64,000 nucleotides of DNA. Origin: Hydrolagus colliei (Eukaryota). Under the pieces are notes generated by a model. It saw only the letters and a program-made list of their open reading frames with translations, had not been told where the DNA came from and did no database searches. Every line of letters starts with the position of its first letter. Position 1 is the stretch's first letter. Below are positions 12,950 to 23,895 of the stretch, one piece after another. Both the position numbers and the translations under genes were made by a program. Location: assembly GCA_035084275.1 (NCBI GenBank), contig CM068756.1:5642001-5706000 (forward strand), written 5' to 3'.

Positions 12950-13270
12950 GCATTCTCAGTAGGCTCCGTCCTGCTCCACGTCCCCCAACCCACCCGCCCC
13001 ACCATCGTTGGGTGAGCCTTCAGCCACTCTGCCCCCAACCTTTGGAATTCTATCCCGCAATTCTACAGCCTCGCACCCTCCCTAACCTCCTTCAAGTACC
13101 GCATCAGTACTCTCCTCTTTGACCGTGACATCAATCGCCTTCACCTCCACTTCCCTCTACCCTCTCTGATCCCAACCCCAGGCTCGATTTGAAACCCTGG
13201 CTGTCCAGCGCCTTGGGACATTCACCCGATGTGAAAGGTGCTACACAAGTGCAATTTTGTTGTTGTTGCT
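12950..13270 (+). mobile_element. L2 LINE 3' end
   Basis: Translation LLHVPQPTRPTIVG*AFSHSAPNLWNSIP..LTSFKYRISTLLFD matches the L2 ORF2 terminus (GRAFS..AP.LWNSLP..SFK..LKT.LF); followed by tail CAGCGCCTTGGGACA..GTGAAAGGTGCTACACAAGTGCAA(TTG)n. Confidence 0.85.
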
Positions 13271-13339
13271 GTAGAATACATAGAGCAAACCAAAGGAATG
13301 TTAATGCTGATTCTACATCTGTACATTTGTTTAATTTTT

Positions 13340-13530
13340 GTTAAATGCCCCAAAACATTGGAACTCCTTCCCCCAACCATTTTGTTCACCTCCTCTTTTC
13401 CCATCTTCAGGTTGTGCCTGAAGATCTTTCTCTTCGACTGCGATTACACTAACCCCTGGCTCAGACTTGGACTCCTCCATTGTAAAGCCTTCTGAGATGC
13501 CACCTGAAGGGAATATAAAATTGCTAATTG
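13340..13530 (+). mobile_element. Second, older L2 3' end fragment
   Basis: APKHWNSFP and LKIFLFD remnants, followed by the tail TGTAAAGCCTTCTGAGATG..ATATAAAATTGC. Confidence 0.6.
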
Positions 13531-13624
13531 TTAGTTTTGAGGGTGACACTACTACTTTAACTCTTTCAGTGTATTTTTAAATTGTTGATATATACTCAGT
13601 TTTCTGTTTAGAATCGTAATGGAG

Positions 13625-13766
13625 AAAAATTGCATTTTTATAGCAAGTTGTCAAGACAACGTGTCTCAAAGTACTCTACAATTAATCACTGTCAAGTGTA
13701 GTGACTGTTTTTCAGGCAAACACAGCATCTGGCTGAATTCCCACCCTTCCTCCTCCTGAATTCCTA
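13625..13766 (+). repeat. Copy 1 of a 142-bp direct duplication (contains a minus-strand SINE tail)
   Basis: About 11 mismatches versus 14358-14499 by manual alignment. Confidence 0.9.
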
Positions 13767-14357
13767 CACTAATACTATAAAAATGATTTTTTTAAATAAC
13801 ATTGCAACAAAAAAGCCCCCAAATTATGATATAATTATAATGATATAATTATATATGATTGGGAACAGAAGGCATGGATTAGATTTATTGGTGTGAGGCA
13901 ACATACTTTCTCAGGAGTCAAACTAACATTGCCCTAACTTGACCAGAAATTCTGCTATTAGACAAGAGGGCAAACCTTAGGATAGGAGATGTACCTTCCC
14001 CTGGCCATAATTATTCTATCTCTCAGAAAGGTGAATAATGGTTAGGAGATCTGACAGTGACAATAGGTGACAAAGTCAAGGCTGACACTTACCAGACTAC
14101 CCACTCACAACAGCTCTGCAGTGATTTCTTGGGGGATTTGGTGGCTTTAGAAATTGTGGGTCTTTAAGTGAAGCAGGGAGAAATATCATGGGTCTAACGA
14201 TCAATGGTTGGACTTGTGCTGTCTCTGGTTGTATTTTTGTACCATTAACATTCAGCAGAAAACTGCATGTTTTGTGGGGGCTTTAAATCTACTTTTGCCA
14301 TTATAGTCATTATGTCATTTTTTGTGCAATGAATTAATCACAAGCTTCTTAAGTTAA

Positions 14358-14499
14358 AAAAATTGCGTTTTTATAGCAAGTTGTCAAGATAAAATGCCTC
14401 AAAGTGCTCTACAATTAATTACTGTCAAGTGTAGTGACTGTTTTTCAGGCAAACACAGCATCTGGCTAAATTCCCACCCTTCTTCCTCCCAAATTCCTA
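14358..14499 (+). repeat. Copy 2 of the 142-bp direct duplication
   Basis: Ungapped match to 13625-13766 at offset 733. Confidence 0.9.
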
Positions 14500-15889
14500 A
14501 TTTACTGTGCTCCCTTGTGTTTAAAACCTTCATCATAATGGAATATTTGGCTGAATCAGCCCTGCTAATCTCCATAAATTGTTCAAACTCCCATCAGGTC
14601 AGGTGAAACATCACGTCCCTTTGGAAAGAGACCCACCTCCTGCGAGGTGGATTGTGGAAGATCCTGAAGAGGTTATCCTTCCGGCTCTCTTGTGTTAGAG
14701 AAAAATTAAGCAATGTCAAAGATAAGCCAAAATTGTTTATAAACCAAGGTGATTCGATTTTGATCTTGGAAGGGATTCATCTCTTTAACATTATTCCTGC
14801 AATCTTCTGTGTGTAAGAACAGTCATTTATTTACTTAGAAAGCTTTTGTTGCAGCACTTGGACACCTCGGTGGTTCCTGCATATAACATTGTCAGCTGAA
14901 TGTTGCCTCTTTCACAAACCCACACTCCCAGCCTAAAATATTGCTTGTGTTTCAAAGCTCCTTTGGTTCCTGTTATTGCTGCCGGAATCTAACGTGACTC
15001 GAGAGTAAAGGCCAAGTGGTCCATTTCCTGTTGTTAAAATGTTTGATTTGTGTGATTAGCACCAGCATTCCAATCAATGGTGTTACTTGGATTCCTGGGG
15101 GCAAAAGGATCTTAGCATTAACCATATGTGAGTGCTTGTGATCTAGTGTTAGTAAGTACCCAGCATTTACCCATCCCAATAAACTTCACGCTGCATTTGT
15201 GAATTGGTGTCAAAAAGGGTAGAACTCTTGTGCTTCCTCTGGGCCCATTCAGTCCAACCATTGCACTCTCTACTTCACTTACATATTTTTGAATCTTTTA
15301 TAATTTCTGATGAACTGGGATTTTTTTTAACAAAAAAAGGGTTTGCTTGCCAGTTACACAATCCAGCAATCCCAGCTACTGAGCTGTGTCAGATGTTTTC
15401 TGAGATTTGCACTTTTTAAAAAATATATATAATATACAGATATACATATATATATGAATCTAAACCTTTCTAACATGAGTGAGCTTTGATATTATAACAG
15501 GCAACATATTGCACTAAGTTACAATACTGGAGCTGATGTTTATGTTCAAGCCAACGAATGACTTGATGTCATTATCTCTGGAGATCTCGCTGCAGAATCA
15601 AATTCCAAAACCATTTCTGACTGCTGCCAGTTGGTTGCCTGTTGAGTGTCAGTCTTCATTTTAGCATCCTGTTGTTACCATCATATTTGATATAAATAAA
15701 TTAAAACCACCCATCACCAATTAGTTTTTTTCTCTCTCCCAATATCCATTAATTAGTAACAATCTAGAGTTCTCGTTTAGAAAGAACAAATTGTGTTGCC
15801 TCTCAGCTACATATTTCATTCTATTGTTGTTCAGCGGTGCTCCCACATGCGGCACTATGTAAATTACATGCAGATTTCGACTGATATTT

Positions 15890-16560
15890 CCATTTGAGTA
15901 CCTGTACCTCGCTTAAATGACCATTCTTCATGCTTGATACCTAGCAACCAGTGCTGTCAGACTATTTGACTTGGCAAAAAACACAGCCAAGACTGATCAT
16001 ATCCTCAATAAGGAGCAGGAGCTAGAGGCCAAATGTACTGTATTCATGGTCCACCCAAAGCAGATAGATACTGATGCACATGGAAATACACCGTTCAAGA
16101 ATCACCTGGTTTATTGGCACTGTCGAAACCTCAATAGCCCCGAAAGAAACAGATTTTATTCTCCATCGCCCGCAATCTCAGCAGGGTTCAGGTACCTGGT
16201 TCACGGTGGGTGTCCTGCACCTCCTCCTACACACCCTTGGCCCACATTCTCATTATTCAATCTTGTTGTGTGAAACTGCCTGGCCGACCATGTGGCTTAG
16301 ACCTCAGGGTTCTTTGTTCCAAAAACTAAATTGCAGCACTTCAAGTCAAACTGAAGAGAAACGATTGCAGTTCCAATTGTTGGATTGGAACACAAAATAA
16401 CGTAATCTAAAACCTCGCAATCTATCTCAGGAGTTTGGTAGGAGAAATTCCAAAAGACGGTCATGACATCTTGCTGGACAACAACTAGGTTCCCTGTTGA
16501 CACTTCTGAGTGGATAATGGTGAACCACCACCTTTTCAGTTTCAATATTTGACCCTTCTT
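15890..16560 (+). mobile_element. Possible highly decayed L2/CR1 reverse transcriptase region
   Basis: RLFDLAKNTAKTDHIL (cf. LLDLSAAFDTVDH.IL) and FTVGVLHLLLHTLGPHSHYSI (cf. VT.GVPQGSVLGPLLFSIY) occur in the expected order. Confidence 0.4.
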
Positions 16561-16609
16561 TTAAACTTACGGGAGATTAGTATTCTCCTGACATCAGGGT
16601 AGTTTTATT

Positions 16610-16682
16610 ACAACAACAACAACAACAACTTGGATTTATATAGCACCCTCCATGCCATACGGCGTCTCAGAGCACTTTGATA
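16610..16682 (-). mobile_element. SINE/L2 tail ending in (TTG)n
   Basis: Reverse complement AAAGTGCTCTGAGACGCC..GGTGCTATATAAATCCAAG(TTG)n. Confidence 0.75.
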
Positions 16683-17411
16683 TATTACTTCAATATTAAT
16701 GCTTCTTTCAGTGTCACAGAGCACATGCTGAAATCTTAACAGACTGACAATCAGGTTCACTGGAGGTTCTGGCATTCCGAGGGTTAAGGATTTCTTACTA
16801 TTTATTATAGTACTTTCATGGTGCAAATAAGACTGTAAATACTTAGATTTGAAAACAATGCATAGCGAAAGTGGTTCTGTTTCAAATGCATGGAAGAATC
16901 CCAAGTGATTTGGCCTGAAGTGATGAAATACATGATGTGCAGTGACATTGGGATTTATTTCACTAGATATTACTGGGTCAAAACTGAAAGAGTGATGCTG
17001 GAGTCTTTTGCACGCATTGTATTTAATTGAGATTTGTCACAGACTTGAAGCACATTTCCAAATACTTTTATTCTATAAAATACATACAAAAAATCTTACT
17101 GAAATTGTTTCACCTGAAGTTTTGCAGAGATCAAACCTAACTGAAGTTCAGTGATGAGTGGAAAGTGACAGATGGAGTTTGAGCAGATTAGTTGATGCTG
17201 CATTATAATGTCAGAACTGAAACAGTAACATAACATATCACTCACACCAGGCTATAAAGGAAGTTAATGTAGGGTTTCATAGAGAGTTACCAAACGGCCA
17301 TCTAATTCAAGGGTCCATATATTATCTCAAACCTATGAGAGTAAAGCCTGATTGAATTAAAGCAAACATCTCACCTTTATGGTCAAACTACAAGAATATT
17401 TTTGTAGAATA

Positions 17412-17470
17412 TTTTCTCCCCTCCTTCCTCTCCTGAAGGAGCTGACTCTTTACTGGGATTTGAGCTGGCA
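17412..17470 (-). mobile_element. 3' end fragment of a chondrichthyan tRNA-derived interspersed repeat
   Basis: Reverse complement GAGTCAGCTCCTTCAGGAGAGGAAGGAGGGGAGAAAA resembles the recalled terminus of the family seen at 34400 and 37060. Confidence 0.45.
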
Positions 17471-19604
17471 ACCTTTCTATCAGCATGCCTTAAGTTGTGC
17501 TGTTCCTAGTCACCAAACAACACAGCATTTTTGAAGCCACCCCTTTGTGTATGTTTATAATGTATACAGATTTTCATCAGTACTCCATGTTTTCATGTCC
17601 AGAAGCAGTGATTACTGTGGACCCTACATTCCCATTGAATATAAAATTGACACAAGATGTATTTGCCTTTCTCGTACGTTTTAAGATGATTGAACAAAGT
17701 AATACATTGTTTGCTTTTAACTTGTGTAATGAACAGCTTACATTAAAAAGACGAGTGATGTGGCGATAATAACTCCTGAAAAAAATCTAACACTACTTAA
17801 AAATTCAGATATATTTTTAAGGAAACTGAACCACTCATTTGAAAACATGTGGGGAATGTTTTTAAATGTTATGTCTTACTACTGACGCTTCCTAACGCTT
17901 TCACTGGCGTTTGAAGACGTGAATTTCTGTTGTTTCAAGTTTGGATTGACTGATAGAACGTGAATGAAAAAACTTCGAAAATTCCAAAGGTGTACATAAA
18001 ACTAGGTTGCAGAGGCACTGGACGGTTTAGAGATGAGCCTTAATTGAGCATTTACCACATATTTGGGAAACAATGCTGGTCATTAAACCGGTAATGTTAC
18101 ATAGTAAATCATAATAAGAAGAGAGGTTGACTGCATGTCATATATGATCCTATTAGATTCGGTAAGACCTATTAAAATCCTAATAGAGCTTTGCCCTGTA
18201 GGATTGACTTTGAAATAAAAGAAAAAAAAGGGAATTGAATGTAATACTTTACTAGTGTTGCCACAAATCAGATTTCCCCCGTTCCCTCACAGGACTCACA
18301 GGAATTAGACCTTCTGTAATAGACTAGTCAGCAAGTAACTTGTCTTCGAGCAAAATTAAGTTTTCTAAAAAGAATCATGTATAGTTGTTGCTGTGGCTCA
18401 AAACATTGATGGTAAATGTTCACCCAACCATGGTGGTATTACAGAAATGGGCAAAATGTAGGCTTGAGATTGCAAAATGACTTCTTTTCTGATGGGCTAG
18501 ACAGTCTGGTCTGTATATGGTTGAGGATGGTGATTTTGGCATAGTACAGACATCCAGTTGACCAAATAAATTATCATCTTAGTTTCAGGTAAGTAGGACT
18601 GGTTACGTAACTACCTGTAGGAATTGCCTGTACCACTGTCTTTAATAATATCACTGCTACACACAGAAATCTAGTAAGCTTTATATCCACCCCTGCATCA
18701 TCCAGCATACTCTGATGCTTGCATGTACATAGGGATTCACAATCACATTGCATTAACTGAAATTTACATTACTAAGATACACGTAGAAGACATCTTTGCT
18801 ATGTAGGTGTGCTAATATTACACGTATTGCATTACATATTTCTTCATGATGCAGATTAAGAATTAATTACATTGATAAAAAATATTATCAATCAATCTCG
18901 CCGTTCTATTGTTAATGCAACATGCAAATGTGCCAAATATAATGAGATCATTCTTATCAGCTCTGCACGGAGGAGTTGCTCTTGTCTGCATGAGGAAATA
19001 TTGCAGATGTAGCCAAATCTGGTGGTGGCTCATCTTTTAATCGGGGACACAGTTTGCTCTCACATTCTTTACACCTGACCTATTCCTCTTCTGACTGGTT
19101 TGCCACTTTCTCTCTCTCTTATTTGGTCGATAGCCTCATTCCTGCCAAATGACCATCTCTACTTCCATGTTCTAGCCAGCAGCTACTTTCACCTCTTGTT
19201 TTTACAGGCCGCTGTGCTTTGTATGATCTTTGGAAAAATGCCTTCCCAACTCAGAATAGATTTAAGAATTGCCCCCCAAAATTCAGCATGATTTCAGATG
19301 TTGTGACAAAGTTCTTACGGTTCCTGAGAAATTTCTGATCCCTGGTAATCTTTGAATTTGTTTCCCTTTCGTAAATAATGGTATCTAAATTTGGCTATAC
19401 AGTATTTGTGCTGATGTTTTTTTTCGAGCAACTTTTAACCTGAATTTGTTCCTCTTTCCAGGCTGTTGGTGTTAGAGTTCTCATATACAATGTCTGAGCT
19501 CAGTTGAAAATTCTTTCCGGCTTTTGATTGTACCTGAAATCTATTGACTTGAAATTTCATCCAACCAACCGATGCAAAATCAGTCAGGAATGTCTTCGCT
19601 TTGC

Positions 19605-19705
19605 CTTATAAAGACACTTATACAAAAATGTATATAAGAATCACTTGTAAAAGGATTAGCAACTATGGGTCGGTTATGATTGAGTTTGACTTTGCCGGCA
19701 AGCAA
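19605..19705 (+). repeat. Copy 1 of a ~100-bp direct repeat
   Basis: CTTATAAAGACACTTATACAA...GGTTATGATTGAGTTTGACTTTGCCGGCAAGCAA recurs at 20010-20109. Confidence 0.9.
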
Positions 19706-20009
19706 AGGAATGTCGCTCCTTAAGCAAATGAAATACATATACAGTGTTATTCATTTTACATGAAGTTTTGCAGTTAGTGTGAGCCAAGATGCTGCACCTC
19801 TTTACTCAGAATAATTGGCACGTGTTATGGTTAGTATCAGATATGCCACTCACTTTGAGTTCAGCCGATTCTCGGTTGGTGTAAATTCTGTTTGCCAAGA
19901 AAGAGTTTGTTTGTATCAGGAGTTGGCTTAATCAGAAATATACTTTTCAGCTGTTAACTACTCAGAGAAATAATATACGTAAATGATAAATTTACTTTAG
20001 TTGCAAAGA

Positions 20010-20109
20010 CTTATAAAGACACTTATACAAGAATGTATATTACAGTCACTTGTAAAAGGATTAGAAACTACGGTTGGTTATGATTGAGTTTGACTTTGCC
20101 GGTAAGCAA
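20010..20109 (+). repeat. Copy 2 of the ~100-bp direct repeat
   Basis: Matches 19605-19705 at offset ~405 with few substitutions. Confidence 0.9.
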
Positions 20110-20481
20110 TCAAAGTCTGAATTCCATCACAGTTTATAGATTGGAACTGAAGAGTATCTGCTCATAACAGGAACAGTATGCTCTTTACAGGAATGTACTC
20201 TTGTTAAAATGATTGGCAGAAAATGGCCATGCGGACAAATTTAGCTGAGAATTGAACGTGTTGAACTTGAACTAACTTGAAATGTGTCGAGACTGCTCGT
20301 AGTGGTATTTTTGTTCAAATCAGTTTAATGTTTCTGCCCATTTGAGAACTGAGACTAATCTAATCCTATCACATAGTTTCTGTGCTTATATAACTTTTGT
20401 TATGTTAAAGATTGTTAGATTTATTAATTCCACTGGTTGTTCATGTTACCAATGCTAGCTATGTGTGGTAATGTGGAAGTG

Positions 20482-20516
20482 CCGCCCCCCCCCCCCAACC
20501 CACCACCACCACCTCC
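20482..20516 (+). repeat. Poly-C and (CCA)n low-complexity tract
   Basis: CCGCCCCCCCCCCCCAACCCACCACCACCACCTCC. Confidence 0.8.
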
Positions 20517-22249
20517 ACTGTACAGCTGAATTTTGTTTTCCCATTCCCTGTATCCCCAGTCAGAAGAGCTGACTTGGAAAATCACACAGACCATAAGATT
20601 CCTCTGCTCTGGTTCCAGAAGCATGGAATCTCACGATTTGTTCAGAACTCCTAGAATTTCAACTATTAATACAAGGAATTCCATCAACAAACACTTAATA
20701 ACCAATTGAGATGCATTATTGTAAGATCCTCTGATTTATATCCAAGCGTTATAGGATTGACAACCAAAATAATTTTCTTTTCATCACTGCATTGTAAAGA
20801 ACAACAACAAAATGACACTTGTAGAATGCTTTTCATGTCAGGAGTAGGTAAGCATTTGTGCTGTATATGATTCTGGTGTGTACAGCAGTGGCTATAAGTA
20901 AATTATACACACAGCATGAGAAGAGGCCACATACAATATTGCCACGATTTCCTCCAGAATTTTTTAAATGCACATTGTTGCATTTGTGACTCGAGGCAAA
21001 ATACATGGTAGATGAAAGAAACTTTCATGCAGAGAACGCAAATTACCACAATTTAAGAGGAATTTTACATAGGATCCTTGCCCTGGATGTGCATCATTTC
21101 CTGATTGTTCATACTCCAGCATTCCTGCCAATTAAATTAGCAAATTTGTGTCAGAACTAATCTTTTCGATAATTACACCTTAAAAGGATAATTGTTGGTG
21201 TGTAAATTTGTAACAAAACATTTTGCAGTGTTTCATTTTTAATTCAAATTCGTACAACATAGTCATTCAACAAATAATCCGAATTTACTTTGTTGCAAAT
21301 ATTATTAAACTGAACAATTTTATACATAATCTGTGCCTAATGTATAAAATTTAATTTACGTCTTTGGATTATTATATATATAATTGTACACATGTAGTGA
21401 AATATAATGGAATATTTTGTAAACTTGGCATTTCATCCCTGTATATTGTTGAAATAATCTTCCAATAATCACCCAGTAACCCATATTGGACACCACGATT
21501 TTAGCTTAATTGCATATTTTGCATGAATTTGTTTTGTGCAGTATGAATTATTTTTTCCGTCTATTTACAAAGTACTTTTCATCACTTGAAAATGTATACC
21601 ATTTCCTGCTTTATTATACTTTACATTCCAGAGTCAGCTGTGCATTTCTGTGTAGCATTAGTAATTCTTTTTATTCTAAAAATATTAAATCAAATTTGCG
21701 GAGGAATTCTAATGCTAAAATACAATGTTCGTTTTTTTTTATTCCTTACACTGGTTTGTAATATTCCTGATTGTGATTTTATAATGTTCAATTATGGAAG
21801 TTAATGTTGGGTAGCAAAGTAATTTTCTGTATTACAAACGCTAATAATTGAAGCCTTAAAACAATTTAAGAACTGATAATGGTTAAGAATATGTTATAAT
21901 ATTTTCTCGAATATCTTTTCATCATTATTGCTGAAATGCTTTTCACGATGGCTTGTCAACTGCACACATTTCAAAAGCATTATCAATGGTTTCCTTTGAT
22001 TAAATAATCATTTTTAACACAAAACGATTTACTATCTATTAAAAATGTAATGCGATACTCTCAAATAATCTTATGTGTTAAGAAAGAACAGAATGGAATG
22101 AGAAAACACAATCTACATGGTGACCAAAATATTGTTATACCATCATAACATTGTTATTGCAATGTTTAATAGGTCCTAAAGATATTATGATATTTTTGTA
22201 TTTTGAAGATAATAGGGTAGATATTGTGATTTTTTGGTCACCTTGCACA

Positions 22250-22650
22250 ACAGCAACAACAATTTAGCCTATCAATCCCAATCTCTCCAAACATTTGCCC
22301 AGCTATTGACTCCATCCAACCCACCCCACAAAATCAGGGAGCTAATGAAGGACAAGTTAAAATCGCACGGCTAGATGAACCTGTTTGAAATTTCCCTGAC
22401 TCTCAACGATAATTAATAAAAAACACCTAAAATATGAATCCAACCTTAAAACAAACACTAGTCACTTCTTAACCTCTGCATTCCATAGGTTACGTTTCCA
22501 TGGTACCAGGAAGAGGCAACCAAGTATTTGATCATCTCTTTGTGCACTTATCCTTGTAACCTTAAACACGTTTTTAAAAACAGAAATGTATCCAGCTCCT
22601 TTGTGAAGAAATTGACACCTGTACTACATGAGCCTTGCTGATTTTGTTGA
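22250..22650 (-). mobile_element. Possible decayed CR1 3'UTR and ORF2 end
   Basis: ATCCAGCTCCTTTGTGAAGAAATTGA reads on the minus strand as FFTKELD-like, followed by purine-rich UTR-like sequence. Confidence 0.35.
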
Positions 22651-22753
22651 CTGACTCTTTAGTGGACTACTGAACATTAAATGTAATACTGTATAGTACT
22701 GTATGTTGGTACAGCCTTCTAGATGATGGAAAATGATTCTGCACTTAATATTT

Positions 22754-22775
22754 ACATACATACATACATACATAC
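22754..22775 (+). repeat. (ACAT)n microsatellite
   Basis: ACATACATACATACATACATAC. Confidence 0.85.
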
Positions 22776-23756
22776 AGTATTAGTATACAGTATTATTTAG
22801 AACAGCTAAATGTGAATATTGTTCCACGTGTTTGCTGAGTGTTTTAAGACATACAGAATGCAATGGAGTTCCAGACGAGCCTTACCATCTTGCAACTCAC
22901 CCTCTGTGTTTAATTAACGCTCAGTTACGAAGAGAACAGGATGTCAGGCAGCTCAGGAATCTGCACCAGTTGATTAGACTCTCATTAAAACAATTTACAT
23001 GTTTCAAACTCCATGCCAGCCATCGAAACTGAGCTGAGGATCCACATCCTCACAGATTGTGGCTGGATATGCATTTTCCTCCCCACCGTTTTTGGTAACG
23101 TTTTGTTGTAAAGCAAATTTAAGATGTTTGGTTTTAAGCAGTGCATCACCCAGTTTGAATCAAACAGAATAAATATAACTGAAATTGATTCAATTATTTT
23201 TTAACAGCTGAGGAGAATATTTCTCTGTGAGTAGGATGAAATCTCGAGTGTTGCAGTGCTTAGTCAGATTTGTATGATTTAAAATTCCATTTGCAACAGG
23301 ACTGAGCTGTCTCAAACAATGGGTCTAATTGAATGCCTTAGCTTCTGTTACCAGCACAAAGGATCTTTTACAGAGGAAATATTGCTAGTGATATTGAAAT
23401 ATTCCAATTTCTATCAGTACAATTTATATTTCAGCAATGGGAGTCTGGGAATTTCTGACACATAAGCTCAGCGTTGTCACTGAAAGTGTTAAGGGAAAGG
23501 GTACAAAAGGGATATTAGAACAAAGAATTCTTTGCCATAAGCAGCTATTGAAGCAAACAAGTATTAAGTATTAATACTGGTATTTGGAGTATTTCAATAA
23601 GGAATTGGAGTTTAAAACTTTTTAAAAAAAATGTTTAAAGAGGAACTCCTAGCTATATTACACTCAGCTGTGGGAACTCTGTTCTGGCAAAATCTACTTA
23701 TAGAAATTTGTTCCACGTAGGACGTGGCATAAGCAAATAAACAATGAGTGGGGTCG

Positions 23757-23895
23757 ATAATAATAATAATCCTTATTTATGTTTAACAAAGTGCCTTTTG
23801 AATCAAGAAGCCGTCTCAAAGCTCTTCACAGGATTCATTGTGAAGTTTAGTGACCGTGTATTTTGCAAGCAAGGCAGCAGTCAATGTATGCACAG
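23757..23895 (-). mobile_element. SINE 3' tail, diverged
   Basis: (TAA)n TCCTT...GTCTCAAAGCTCTTCACAGG..GTGAAGTTTAGTGAC..GCAGCAGTCAAT..GCACAG is the reverse complement of the common tail. Confidence 0.75.
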
